Counted from the stretch's first letter, positions 10,638 through 20,823 are shown. The stretch: 64,000 nt of DNA from a bacterium (GCA_024277675.1 JAJRUS010000047.1:37791-101790), one strand, 5' to 3'. Numbers and translations are program-made. Notes: a model not told the origin generated them from the sequence alone.

Positions 10638-10818
10638 TCCTCAAAATTTCCTGTGGTGGTGGAGGTATATATTACCTCACGTTACCAGCATGGGAGAATA
10701 AAACAATACTTAATAAAACAATAACATAATAATGATAATATATAATAAACCCTTTCCTGTCAAGCAATTTAGGCATTAGCGGAGACATTAGGAAATTCCG
10801 GGTACAGACGTTAGCTGC

Positions 10819-10833
10819 TAAAGTCCGACAAAC
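10819..10833 (+). promoter_or_regulatory. Recurrent 15-mer TAAAGTCCGACAAAC in the divergent promoter region
   Basis: The identical 15-mer recurs at 55723..55737, and inverted at 55582..55595. Confidence 0.3.
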
Positions 10834-10930
10834 GCCTATGAGCCGGATATAATAATACCTTGACTTTAATTTATGCTGTTGCTATGTTAATGCCATTCTG
10901 ATTGTTCCGAATTACTATGGCTTAATAATC

Positions 10931-13102
10931 ATGGGCTTAGCCGAAAAAACCGTGGTAGAACAAAAACACCTCAAGGAATGGGTTAGGAAAAAATGGCTGC
11001 TTTTGCTGGTTATTTCCCTGAGCTGCTTCCTGGTACTTGCTCTTTTCTCCTGGTTGGCCGGAGCTACCAGCTACGGGCGTCGGCATCTTTCCTTCCAATC
11101 GAACAGCCTGGATCTGCTTTTTGATCTATCATATAAGAATAAAACAGTTTTCTTCAGTCTGCCCCAGGAAAATATATCTCTAAAAATCCCTTACTGGAAA
11201 TTGGCCAGATTCGGCAAAAAATATTGGTTGTATTTAAAGATTACGATTTTAAACCTTTTATTCCTGATATTTGTTCTGCTAATCAGGCGCATAATAAAAA
11301 ACCGTCGCCGGTTAATCAGCCGCTTTAAGGATTTTCGGGAACAACCCGGATCAGTCGGACTGCTATTTATCAGTAAAATTATAATAGTTGTGGCCTGCCT
11401 ACTCAGTATATTTCCAACTCCCCATTTCAATTTCTGGTGGAAGCGGTTTGCTTTTGTTTCCTCCCCTCCAAAACACTCCGGCATAACGCTGGCGCTGTAT
11501 GAGTTTATGCGTATTATGTTAATAGATAAGGGGAATCGCTTCTTTTATGCGGTTTTATTCACCCTGCCCCGCTTTATAGTTAAATGGATCGGGGTAAGCA
11601 GTTTTCTGCTGCTTGTTTCAGGGCAAATCAAGCTACCCGGCGCCTGGAGTGCCCTGACAAATCGTTATCTGGACAAGTTATCCAATTTAGATTATAAAAA
11701 ATGGTTGCCCGGAGCATCTTTATGGGTTTTTGTGCTGGCCAACCTTATTTCTTTAATAAAGTATCAGCGCCTGCCGGCTTATATTGAGGATACGGCTCAA
11801 TTTTTTCAAGCCAGGCTTTTTGCGGTGGGCAGGTTAGCGGAATCAATTAATTTCAGTCGGGAGTTCTTTGAGTTTCCCTTGCTAAACATGGGGACTCAAT
11901 GGTATTCTACTCTGGCGCCAGGGCAATCATTTTTACTGGCTTTGGGACACAAGGCCGGGGCTGCCTGGCTGATAAATCCGTTATTCGGACTGTTGGCAGT
12001 AGTAGTGCTTTATAGCCTGGCCAACCGAATTTATGGTCGTTCAACGGCCTTGCTGTCCATCATGTTTATGGTTCTTTCCCCGTTATATCTGACATTATCG
12101 GCTTCATACCTTAACCATTTGTCATTTATATTTTTTATGCTGTCGGCATTACTTCTTTTTCATTATAGCCTGCTGAAACAGGGGCTGGGTTATCCTATAT
12201 TGAGTGGATTGTGTTGGGGCCTGGCGCTTATGATCAGGCCCTCGAGCGCTATAGTTATGGCATTACCCTTCGGGGTTTATTCAATAAAGCAGACCCTGTC
12301 CCGGCGGTCTAGTTTTGGGTTTAAGTGGAAACATTTACTGGTCTTTATGGGATTAGCGCTCTGCCTGTTGTTATTGCTGACATATAATCAGCTTTTGCAA
12401 GTAGATCAGGGGGGAATAACCCCCGGTTATTGGCTAACCAGGGGCTTGCAAAATCCATCCCGGGGATTATTTTACCTGATGACTAATCTATTTACCCTTA
12501 ACGAACAACTATGGGGCTTTATTATCCCCGGTCTTTTCCTGGTTATGCTATGGATATTATCCAGCCACCAGTTGGAGCCTTGGGATTATATGCTGTTATG
12601 GTCAATAATATGCCTGCTTATTTTCAATTTCTTAGCGTATGACATCCGTCCGGGCCTGGCAAATCCTTTAATGGTAACCATACCCTTCTGGGCCTTACTT
12701 ACGGCCAGAGCCGTTATGAAACTGCCGGCAGTTCTGGTCGATTTTGGCTTTTCTGCGCAAGACATTAAATCAGTACTGGCCTTAGGCATATCTGTATGCT
12801 GCATATCTTTATTAAGCCTCCGGGTAGCTCCCCTGCTCCACTCCAATGATACTTATCGGCTTAATATCGCCAGCTTAATAGAAGAAAAAAGAATTAATAA
12901 CGCCATAATTTTTCTAGAACGAGAACCCTTCTGGCAGACCTTTGCCTATAACCAACCGGATCTGAATAATGATATAATATTTGCCCGACACCTGAAAGGG
13001 TATAACTATAAATTAATTAGAGAGTTTCCTGCACGCAGCTATTATTTTTACGACGCAGGCGAAAATAAGCTGGTATCAATCAACCCCCGGGAAAGCCCAT
13101 GA
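10931..13102 (+). CDS. Large polytopic membrane protein, putative ArnT/PMT-like (GT39/GT83-type) glycosyltransferase
   Basis: 723 aa with many TM helices. Placement in the glycan locus. Family assignment is by architecture only. Confidence 0.4.
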   Translation: MGLAEKTVVEQKHLKEWVRKKWLLLLVISLSCFLVLALFSWLAGATSYGRRHLSFQSNSLDLLFDLSYKNKTVFFSLPQENISLKIPYWKLARFGKKYWLYLKITILNLLFLIFVLLIRRIIKNRRRLISRFKDFREQPGSVGLLFISKIIIVVACLLSIFPTPHFNFWWKRFAFVSSPPKHSGITLALYEFMRIMLIDKGNRFFYAVLFTLPRFIVKWIGVSSFLLLVSGQIKLPGAWSALTNRYLDKLSNLDYKKWLPGASLWVFVLANLISLIKYQRLPAYIEDTAQFFQARLFAVGRLAESINFSREFFEFPLLNMGTQWYSTLAPGQSFLLALGHKAGAAWLINPLFGLLAVVVLYSLANRIYGRSTALLSIMFMVLSPLYLTLSASYLNHLSFIFFMLSALLLFHYSLLKQGLGYPILSGLCWGLALMIRPSSAIVMALPFGVYSIKQTLSRRSSFGFKWKHLLVFMGLALCLLLLLTYNQLLQVDQGGITPGYWLTRGLQNPSRGLFYLMTNLFTLNEQLWGFIIPGLFLVMLWILSSHQLEPWDYMLLWSIICLLIFNFLAYDIRPGLANPLMVTIPFWALLTARAVMKLPAVLVDFGFSAQDIKSVLALGISVCCISLLSLRVAPLLHSNDTYRLNIASLIEEKRINNAIIFLEREPFWQTFAYNQPDLNNDIIFARHLKGYNYKLIREFPARSYYFYDAGENKLVSINPRESP

Positions 13103-15993
13103 AAAAACATATTTTGAATAAAAACACCATAATTGCCCTATTGGGCTACCTGTTAATATTTGTTCCCAACCCAAGTTGGGCCGCTCTCCGGCTTGAATTA
13201 AAGGTGGAAAACCGGGCTTCGGTTAATAGAGTCAACGAACCGCTTACCTCCGGTGTTCCGCTGCCCCGGGGTTTGATTTTTGCCGATGCCGCCAGCGGCC
13301 GGCTGCCACTAAAAATTACCGATCAAACAGGAAAACAAATACCGGCCCAGTTTTCTGTATCAGCTAAATGGCCCGATGGGAGTGTGCGTTGGGTATTGCT
13401 GGATTTTCAGGCATCAGTGGAGGATGAAGAGCAGGCGGTTTATTATTTAGAGGATGGCATACCAGGCGATACTTCTTATGGAATAAAAATAGAAGAATCT
13501 AATCAAAAAATAAATATTGATACGGGCAAATTATACTTTAGCATAAATAAAAAAGAGGGAAATTTATTTGGCGAGGTTTTCCGCCAAGGCCTGAAAGTTC
13601 AGCCCATTATCAGCGCTCAAGAGCAAAACGGTATAACCCTGCTGGGCGCTGACAATCGGCTATATGCCAGTTATTTTATTGATCCTGATCAAGTTGTTGT
13701 CGAGGAACAAGGCCCCTTAAGGGCAGTCATCTTAGTGCGCGGGAAGTTTGCCGCCGCCGATGGAAAAATATTCCATCCGCAAACTGCCCGTTATAGCTTG
13801 CGCATCCACAGTTACTTTAATCAAGACTACCTAAGGTTATTTCTTACACTGGAGAATAACGGCAGATACGGCTTCAGGCATGAAAGTTATAAAAGCGAGA
13901 CTTATGACTTTAAGGAGCTGGCCCTGAATCTAAAATTTAACCTTAACCAGACTGTTCAACTGCGTACCCAAGGCTACCGCGGTAAAATTAAGCCTGATGA
14001 CCGATTTTTCCTTCACCAGCGTCATCGTATTATTAATCCGGCAAATGAGGCTGAAAATTTCAGCTACGTTATAAAAGAGGGGGATAAGATAGAGGAAAAA
14101 GGAAAGCGGTCTCCGGGCTGGCTGGATATATCGGATCAAAACCAGGGAGTAAGCGTAGCTATAAGGCACTTCTGGCAGAACTTTCCGAAATCGATTACCT
14201 TCCAACACCAGACCCTGTCCCTTGGATTATGGCCACTGGGAGGGAAATGGCCGCCCCAGGCCGTTGAAAATTACCGCTTTCGCGGGGGAACCCATAAAAC
14301 TTATGAGATTTTGTTACGTTTTTATAATAAAGCCATTCCTGCCTTAACAGCGCAGAAGCTGCTGGAATGTTTTAATAACCCGCTATTTGCGATTGCGCCA
14401 CCAGCCTGGTATGCCAATACAGGGGTGCTGGGGCTGACTGCCCCCAAGGGCGTAACCAGCCAGAATCCTATATTGGCTGAGGCTTTGCAGCGTTATGAAA
14501 AACTTCAGGCCTGCAAGGTTCATCTGGAGGAATCAGAAGAACAGCATGGAAAATATCCGCCTTCAACCATATATACCGAAAGGGAGGCGCGGGGAGAAAA
14601 TCAGGATTGGTATGGTTGGATGGATTTTGGCGATATTCCATGGGGTGGTCAAAGTGGAGACGGGGCATACTCATCCGGGCATTATGACTGGCCTTACGGC
14701 ATGTTACTTCAATTCCTGAGAACCGGGGATTATGCCTTCTTTAGATTAGGGGATGAGCTGACCCGCCACCGGATGGATATAGATCAATATCACACCGACC
14801 GTGGCAGCCCCTATCTCAATCATTTTCAGTGGAATGAATTCGGCAATCACGATCGCAGCCCGGAACCCTGGGAACCCAATCCCAGCCACACTTGGATACA
14901 GGGGTTAGTGTTATACTATTTGCTTACTGGAAATAAGAAAGCCAAAGAAGCTGCCCTGGAGGTGGGAGAAGCCACCAAAACCTATTGGAATAAAGTTCCC
15001 GGTTCGGCCGAACTCAGGATTCAGGGCTGGAGCATAGAAAACCTGTTAGCGCTTTATCAACTCACCGGTAAACAAGATTATTTAGATTTAGCAATCAAGA
15101 TATACAAAGACAGAACCATTCGCTTTATTGCCCCCGATGGATATGTGGGCAATCCAAAGGAACTGAATATTTTTCAAGCGGTATTGGTATTGGAGCCGCT
15201 TATCAAACTGAATTTACTCACCAAAGACGAAAACATACAGGATACTATATTGAAGTTATTGGATTTTTTGATTCATAAGGCCTATCGTGGCGGAAAGAGC
15301 GAGGGGAAAGATTGGTATTATCCGATGTATCTTCCGTTTAGCTTTAACATCCAGACCGGCCTCAGGTTTGGGGTGGCTCCCGGCTATAATTTTATGACCA
15401 GTAATGCCCTGGCATATGCCTATTTAGTAACCGGTGAAAAGGAATACCTTAATCTGGCTCATCAAATATTTAAAGATGCGGTCTTTTACTGGCAAGAGGA
15501 GGCTACCACAATTAATCCCAAAGAGCGTTCGCCGATTGCCTATGCCGCCGCTCATTTTCCCGGCTCGCGCAGTAAGATCCATGGCTGGATAAACCGCTAC
15601 CCCCAAATCTACCTTTTTATGGAAGCCCATCCCAAATTGGATACAACTCCACCGGCAGCGGTGAAAGATCTGGAGGTTAGTCTTGGTGATAAACCAGGCT
15701 CGGTAATCCTGGATTGGACTGCTCCCGGAGATGATGGGAGAAAAGGAACCGCCAGGCGCTATCAGATTAAATATGCTACCCAGCATTTGCAATCTCAACT
15801 GGAATGGCTGCAGGCCGAAAATGTAGCCGGTGAAACCGCTCCCCGGGCGCCTTACAGCCTGGAGCATTTTACCATTAAAGGTTTAATCCCTGGCACCACT
15901 TACTTTTTTGCCATCAGGGCTTATGATGAGGAAAGTAATATATCGCCCATATCAAACTTAGCCTCTATTACCATAGATGTGGCTAAAGATTAA
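13099..15993 (+). CDS. Secreted 964-aa protein with C-terminal fibronectin type III domain; putative polysaccharide-active enzyme
   Basis: Signal peptide MKKHILNKNTIIALLGYLLIFVPNPSWA. C-terminal Fn3 signature (DWTAPGDDG...YQIKYAT...YFFAIRAYDE). ATGA start overlap with the upstream gene. Confidence 0.5.
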   Translation: MKKHILNKNTIIALLGYLLIFVPNPSWAALRLELKVENRASVNRVNEPLTSGVPLPRGLIFADAASGRLPLKITDQTGKQIPAQFSVSAKWPDGSVRWVLLDFQASVEDEEQAVYYLEDGIPGDTSYGIKIEESNQKINIDTGKLYFSINKKEGNLFGEVFRQGLKVQPIISAQEQNGITLLGADNRLYASYFIDPDQVVVEEQGPLRAVILVRGKFAAADGKIFHPQTARYSLRIHSYFNQDYLRLFLTLENNGRYGFRHESYKSETYDFKELALNLKFNLNQTVQLRTQGYRGKIKPDDRFFLHQRHRIINPANEAENFSYVIKEGDKIEEKGKRSPGWLDISDQNQGVSVAIRHFWQNFPKSITFQHQTLSLGLWPLGGKWPPQAVENYRFRGGTHKTYEILLRFYNKAIPALTAQKLLECFNNPLFAIAPPAWYANTGVLGLTAPKGVTSQNPILAEALQRYEKLQACKVHLEESEEQHGKYPPSTIYTEREARGENQDWYGWMDFGDIPWGGQSGDGAYSSGHYDWPYGMLLQFLRTGDYAFFRLGDELTRHRMDIDQYHTDRGSPYLNHFQWNEFGNHDRSPEPWEPNPSHTWIQGLVLYYLLTGNKKAKEAALEVGEATKTYWNKVPGSAELRIQGWSIENLLALYQLTGKQDYLDLAIKIYKDRTIRFIAPDGYVGNPKELNIFQAVLVLEPLIKLNLLTKDENIQDTILKLLDFLIHKAYRGGKSEGKDWYYPMYLPFSFNIQTGLRFGVAPGYNFMTSNALAYAYLVTGEKEYLNLAHQIFKDAVFYWQEEATTINPKERSPIAYAAAHFPGSRSKIHGWINRYPQIYLFMEAHPKLDTTPPAAVKDLEVSLGDKPGSVILDWTAPGDDGRKGTARRYQIKYATQHLQSQLEWLQAENVAGETAPRAPYSLEHFTIKGLIPGTTYFFAIRAYDEESNISPISNLASITIDVAKD

Positions 15994-16080
15994 ATCTGCC
16001 AACTGACTCTATCAACCAGACAGTATATCTTGCCTTAGACAGCCGGCTGGTATATACTGCTTATTATTCGGATAATTCTA

Positions 16081-16908
16081 TTGCTTAATGCCCTCAGCAT
16101 CGACCTGGAAGATTATTATCACGCCAGAACCCTGGCCGGAGTGATTAGCGAAGCAAAATGGGATGCGTGTGAAAGTCGGGTAGCTGATAGTGTCCGCCGT
16201 TTGCTGACAATTTTAGCTGAGTATGAGGTATCAGCCACCTTTTTTGTGTTGGCCTGGGTAGCTGAGCGTGAACCGCAATTGATAAAAGAGGTGCAGGCCG
16301 CTGGGCATGAAATAGCCTGCCATGGTTACGGCCATAAACTAATTTATGAGCAACAACCCGATGAGTTCAGGGCTGATATACGGCGGGCCAAACAAATACT
16401 GGAGGATTTGATTAAAGAACCGGTTAAGGGCTATCGGGCGCCGGTCTTCTCCATAACAGAGGATAGCTTGTGGGCATTGGATATCCTGATTGAGGAAGGG
16501 TTTTTATATGATTCCAGCATCTTCCCCATAATTCATGACCGTTATGGAATCCCGAAGGCGGAGCGTTTTCCCCACCGGATTAGCCGCAACAGCGCTGGAG
16601 AAATCTATGAATTTCCGTTGTCTACCATCCGCTGGCTCGGATATAATATTCCGATTGCCGGCGGCGGTTATTTAAGATTTATGCCTGATTGGTTTATAAA
16701 AAAAGGAATTACCCGCTTGAACAAAAATGGTAAACCGGCTATTATTTATCTTCATCCCTGGGAAATAGACCCGCAGCAGCCCCGGCAGGCGGTTGGCGCT
16801 TTATCGTCTATCAGGCAATATTATAACCTGGATAAGATGGAAGCTAAATTAAAAAAACTGTTGACCGATTTCTCCTTTGCTCCGGTAGCCAAGGTATTAG
16901 ACATATGA
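16081..16908 (+). CDS. Polysaccharide deacetylase family protein, PEP-CTERM/XrtA-locus subtype (DUF3473-like)
   Basis: 275 aa. LSIDLEDYYH N-terminus, FFVLAWVAE, and HGYGH motifs typical of the exosortase-locus deacetylase. TTG start. Confidence 0.7.
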   Translation: MLNALSIDLEDYYHARTLAGVISEAKWDACESRVADSVRRLLTILAEYEVSATFFVLAWVAEREPQLIKEVQAAGHEIACHGYGHKLIYEQQPDEFRADIRRAKQILEDLIKEPVKGYRAPVFSITEDSLWALDILIEEGFLYDSSIFPIIHDRYGIPKAERFPHRISRNSAGEIYEFPLSTIRWLGYNIPIAGGGYLRFMPDWFIKKGITRLNKNGKPAIIYLHPWEIDPQQPRQAVGALSSIRQYYNLDKMEAKLKKLLTDFSFAPVAKVLDI

Positions 16909-17537
16909 AGAGATTAATGTTAATCAGGCACCCTGAGATTGCCGACGCCGAGCAACTTAAATATTTCGGGGCCACCGATGTGCGCTTAAGCCAACACGGG
17001 TATAAACAAGCTGAACGGCTGGCGGATTTTTTGAGTAAACGGCAGGTCAAAGCGGTATATTGCAGTCCGCTGCAGCGGGCTAAATACACCGCTCAATTGA
17101 TAGCTGACAAATCCGGGCTTACAATTAATATCATACCAGAATTAAAGGAAATAAATTTCGGGCGCTGGGAAGGCAATTCATATCAGGAAATATTAAGCGT
17201 TGATGAGCAGTTGTGCCGGGAGTGGCTGGAAATGAAACCCGAGTTCCGCTTTCCGGCGGGAGAGTCTTTAGCGGAATTTTATCAAAGGGTGATACAGGAG
17301 TACAACCGTATATTATCAACTGACTTAGAAACACAAGCCGGCGAGCTGATAGTGGTAGTTGCCCACGGTGGGGTAATAAGGCTTATTTTAGCGGATTTAC
17401 TGGATATTAACTGGGGCCGGGTAAATTGTATAAAACAGGATTTCGGAGCGCTTAATATAATTGAATATCATGATGATTGCGGATTATTACGCCTGCTGAA
17501 TGACACCTGTTATCTGGACGGTAAATGTCGCATATAG
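16905..17537 (+). CDS. cobC: Histidine phosphatase family protein, probable alpha-ribazole phosphatase
   Basis: 210 aa. LIRHPE...RHG catalytic His motif. Immediately precedes and overlaps cobU. Confidence 0.6.
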   Translation: MKRLMLIRHPEIADAEQLKYFGATDVRLSQHGYKQAERLADFLSKRQVKAVYCSPLQRAKYTAQLIADKSGLTINIIPELKEINFGRWEGNSYQEILSVDEQLCREWLEMKPEFRFPAGESLAEFYQRVIQEYNRILSTDLETQAGELIVVVAHGGVIRLILADLLDINWGRVNCIKQDFGALNIIEYHDDCGLLRLLNDTCYLDGKCRI

Positions 17538-18073
17538 CGCTGATAGTGGGCGGCTGTCGCAGCGGTAAATCGGCTTATGCCCGTAAACTGGCTTGCCGCT
17601 ATAAGCAGGTAGCCTATATAGCCACCGCCACCGCTTCAGATGATGAGATGCGAGAACGCATCGCCCGGCATATAAATGATCGCCCCAAGCATTGGCTGAC
17701 CATAGAGGCGCCATTGGATGTTGCTTCGGCGCTTAAAGATTTGAACAATGAGGTTGAGGCGGTAATTATAGATTGCCTGACCCTGTATTTAAGTAATATA
17801 ATAGCAGCCGGTAAATTTAAGCTTAAGGATACCGCAAGTTATCCTGAATATGAAAAACAAATTAACGCTCAGATAAATGGACTTATCCAGGCAGCGAAAG
17901 AGATAGCGCCCATGGTGCTTATGGTCAGTAACGAATTGGGGCAAGGGCTGGTGCCCTATGAACCGTTAAGCCGCTTTTTTCGCGATATGGCGGGCTTGAT
18001 GAACCAACGTGTAGCCCAGGCAGCGGACGAGGTGTATAAACTGGAAGTAGGAATTCCGGTAAGGCTGAAATAG
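17525..18073 (+). CDS. cobU: Bifunctional adenosylcobinamide kinase / adenosylcobinamide-phosphate guanylyltransferase
   Basis: 182 aa. IALIVGGCRSGKSAYA P-loop typical of CobU/CobP. Confidence 0.85.
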   Translation: MSHIALIVGGCRSGKSAYARKLACRYKQVAYIATATASDDEMRERIARHINDRPKHWLTIEAPLDVASALKDLNNEVEAVIIDCLTLYLSNIIAAGKFKLKDTASYPEYEKQINAQINGLIQAAKEIAPMVLMVSNELGQGLVPYEPLSRFFRDMAGLMNQRVAQAADEVYKLEVGIPVRLK

Positions 18074-18106
18074 TAAGATAGAAATTATAAAGTTGGAGGA
18101 ATAAAG

Positions 18107-18334
18107 TTGGAGAGAATCGTGGCGAATCCCGAAATACTGGGAGGCAAACCAATTATCAAAGGTACCAGACTCAGTGTGGAATTTATCCTGGAGTTATTGG
18201 CATCTGGAATGACCAGGTCAGAAATTCTGGCAGATTATTCCCATATTACCGAAGCAGACCTGAATGCGGTTTTGGAATATGCTGCCCATGCCTTTAAAAA
18301 CGATGTTTATGTCTCTTTTGAGAAGGCTTCATGA
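18107..18334 (+). CDS. DUF433 domain protein (antitoxin-like)
   Basis: 75 aa. IVANPEILGGKPIIKGTRLSVEFILELLASGMTRSEILADY matches DUF433. Confidence 0.7.
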   Translation: MERIVANPEILGGKPIIKGTRLSVEFILELLASGMTRSEILADYSHITEADLNAVLEYAAHAFKNDVYVSFEKAS

Positions 18335-18467
18335 ACCTGCGTAGGAAAATTGGCTGAAAAAGTGAAATTTGAACAAGGCATGATTATTATCCTGACCGAT
18401 GCCGGTATTCGAATTCGGCGTAATTAAAGTAGGTCTTCTTTAATTATAGATTTTGGTGAGCCTGTTT

Positions 18468-18623
18468 ATGAAAAAATATACTTTAACTGCCGTAATCTGG
18501 AAAGAGGAGGCCGGGTTGGTATCTAAGTACCCGGAATTAGGGGTGGCAAGCGCCGGCGATGATCCAGGGGATGCCCTGAAAAACCTTAAGGAAGCGGTAG
18601 AACTTTATCTGGATAATGTATAG
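18468..18623 (+). CDS. HicB-like antitoxin family small protein (UPF0150)
   Basis: 51 aa: MKKYTLTAVIWKEEAGLVSKYPELGVASAGDDPGDALKNLKEAVELYLDNV. Below the ORF-track size cutoff. Confidence 0.55.
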   Translation: MKKYTLTAVIWKEEAGLVSKYPELGVASAGDDPGDALKNLKEAVELYLDNV

Positions 18624-18631
18624 GTGACAAC

Positions 18632-19702
18632 ATGGATATAAAGAAACTTAGAGAACAGATTGATAAGCTTGACAGCCAGATTTTGGATTTGCTCAATAAA
18701 AGGGCTGAAATTGTGCTTCAGGTCGGCAAGATAAAAAGCCAGCATAACCTGGAGGTATATGTTCCCAGCCGTGAGGAAGAAATATATAAAAGGCTTGAGC
18801 AGGCAAACCGGGGCCCCTTCCCTTCTTCAGCTATTAAGCCGGTGTTCAGGGAGATAATGTCGGCTTCATTGTCGCTGGAGAAACCACTTCGGGTGGCTTA
18901 TCTCGGCCCCAAGGCCACCTTTACGCATTTGGCCTGTATGCAGAAATTCGGCTTGTCGGCAGAGTTTGTGCCGGTACGCAGTATCGAGGATGTGTTCCTG
19001 GAGGTTGAGCGCAATCAGGTTGACTATGGGGTGGTTCCGGTGGAGAATTCACGCGAGGGAATCGTCAGTCACACGCTGGATATGTTCGTGGATTCAGATT
19101 TACATATCTGGGGTGAAATTTTGGTAAAAATCTCTTTATGCCTGTTATCCAAGGCCAAGCAGCTTGAGGGGATCAGCAAGATTTATTCTCATCGCCAACC
19201 CATTGCCCAGGCGCGCGGCTGGTTGCGGGAGAATCTGTTTAATGCGAAAATCATCGAGGTGGGCAGTACGGCCGAGGCGGCTGAAGAAGCGGCGGCTGAC
19301 CCTGAATCGGCAGCCATTGCCAGCGAGCTGGCCGCCAGGCTGTATAATCTGAATATATTACAAGACAGCATTGAGGACAGCGCAAACAACTATACCCGGT
19401 TTCTGATTATCAGCCAGGCCTTAAGACCGCCTACCGGCAAGGATAAAACCTCCATTGTGTTTTCCATCAAGGACAGGGTGGGAGCGCTGTATTCCATGTT
19501 GCAGCCATTTCATAAACGCAATGTAAACCTGACCAAGATTGAATCCCGTCCGTCAAAGAAGAAGATTTGGGAGTATATCTTTTATCTGGACATGCAGGGT
19601 CACATTGAGGATAGCAATATTAAGGCCGCTATAGATGAGTTGTCCGAGCGGGCGCTGTATCTGAAAATCCTCGGTTCTTATCCGGTGGGAGAGTTGAAGT
19701 AA
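18632..19702 (+). CDS. pheA: Bifunctional chorismate mutase / prephenate dehydratase (P-protein)
   Basis: 356 aa. N-terminal CM domain, VAYLGPKATFTH PDT domain, C-terminal ACT domain. Confidence 0.9.
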   Translation: MDIKKLREQIDKLDSQILDLLNKRAEIVLQVGKIKSQHNLEVYVPSREEEIYKRLEQANRGPFPSSAIKPVFREIMSASLSLEKPLRVAYLGPKATFTHLACMQKFGLSAEFVPVRSIEDVFLEVERNQVDYGVVPVENSREGIVSHTLDMFVDSDLHIWGEILVKISLCLLSKAKQLEGISKIYSHRQPIAQARGWLRENLFNAKIIEVGSTAEAAEEAAADPESAAIASELAARLYNLNILQDSIEDSANNYTRFLIISQALRPPTGKDKTSIVFSIKDRVGALYSMLQPFHKRNVNLTKIESRPSKKKIWEYIFYLDMQGHIEDSNIKAAIDELSERALYLKILGSYPVGELK

Positions 19703-19752
19703 GGGGCAATGCCCTTTATTATAAGTGTATGAAATGTATTTGGTTAGTATAA

Positions 19753-19778
19753 AAAGGGCACTTGTGCCCCTTGACTTA
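19753..19778 (+). terminator. Rho-independent terminator after pheA
   Basis: AAAAAGGGCACTTGTGCCCCTTGACTT GC-rich hairpin. Confidence 0.5.
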
Positions 19779-19924
19779 AAGTAAAAATAATGCTAATTTA
19801 CCCGACTAAGTTAGGTTTTATCAGCCGCAGTTGGGGTCATTGACCCCTTGGGGATACGTTCCCTTTTTCAAGGCACCCATTAATTGTCTGAAATAAAGAG
19901 TTATTTGGATTAAGCCGGTTTCCG

Positions 19925-20017
19925 GGAGAGGTGGCTGAGTTGGCTTAAGGCACTCGCCTGCTAAGCGAGAGAGGGGAGAAATCCCCTCCGGGGGTTCGAA
20001 TCCCCCCCTCTCCGCCA
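19925..20017 (+). tRNA. tRNA-Ser (anticodon GCT)
   Basis: Cloverleaf: acceptor GGAGAGG/CCTCTCC. Anticodon loop CTGCTAA. Long variable arm. T-loop GGGGGTTCGAATCCCCC. Encoded CCA. Confidence 0.9.
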
Positions 20018-20038
20018 AACAATGAACACAAGGAGTTA

Positions 20039-20620
20039 ATGATGAATCGTTTTTTTAAATTATGTTTTTTTAGTGGACTGATATGCTTGTTGATAACCGG
20101 CTGTGAACAGAAAACTCCGCCGGAGACCAAAAAACCGAAGGCGGAAGCTCCCCCGGCAACGGAATCTTCACGTCAGTCACCTGCTAACCCACATCAGATG
20201 ATGGGGGATTCTCAGCAGATGGGTTCAGGCACACATCAAATGGATACTAAACAGGATGTGCCCAAACCCCCCAAGCAAGTAGTAGTGCCTGATGCAGTAA
20301 AGCAGAAATGGAAAACGCTCAGCATATTGGTAACCGATAAAACCAGCGGAAAATCGGTCAGTTATGAAGTTAAACCAAACTCGGAATTTGAAGTTCCCGG
20401 TACCGACTTGAAGTTGGATATAGGGGCGTTTTTGCCGGATTTCAGCATGGATGGTCAGCAGATTACTTCAGCCTCCGCAAACCCTAACAATCCCGCGCTC
20501 CAAGTATCTATAAAAGAGCAGGGTCAGGAAAAATATAGCGGCTGGTTATTCTCCAAGTTCGCCAATATGCATGCCTTTGAGCATGAAAAGTATAGCATTG
20601 TCCTGGAAAACAAGTTTTAA
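20039..20620 (+). CDS. Lipoprotein of unknown function
   Basis: 193 aa. Lipobox LITGC after the signal peptide. Pro/Lys-rich linker. Confidence 0.6.
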   Translation: MMNRFFKLCFFSGLICLLITGCEQKTPPETKKPKAEAPPATESSRQSPANPHQMMGDSQQMGSGTHQMDTKQDVPKPPKQVVVPDAVKQKWKTLSILVTDKTSGKSVSYEVKPNSEFEVPGTDLKLDIGAFLPDFSMDGQQITSASANPNNPALQVSIKEQGQEKYSGWLFSKFANMHAFEHEKYSIVLENKF

Positions 20621-20749
20621 GCCGTAGCGAAAACCGGCAATATTTAACCCTAATGCTGTGGGTCTTATTGGTGGTGAATTTATATGCTTACTGGAAAGCA
20701 TTCAATTTATCAGCCAGCTAACAGGTTTTCAGGTAAACATAATTTAGAT

Positions 20750-20823
20750 TGGGGGATCGTCTAGCGGCAGGACACAAGACTCTGAATCTTGTTACCGGGG
20801 TTCGAATCCCTGTCCCCCAGCCA
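20750..20823 (+). tRNA. tRNA-Gln (anticodon CTG)
   Basis: Acceptor TGGGGGA/TCCCCCA. Anticodon stem CAAGA/TCTTG with loop CTCTGAA. T-loop TTCGAAT. Encoded CCA. Confidence 0.9.
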
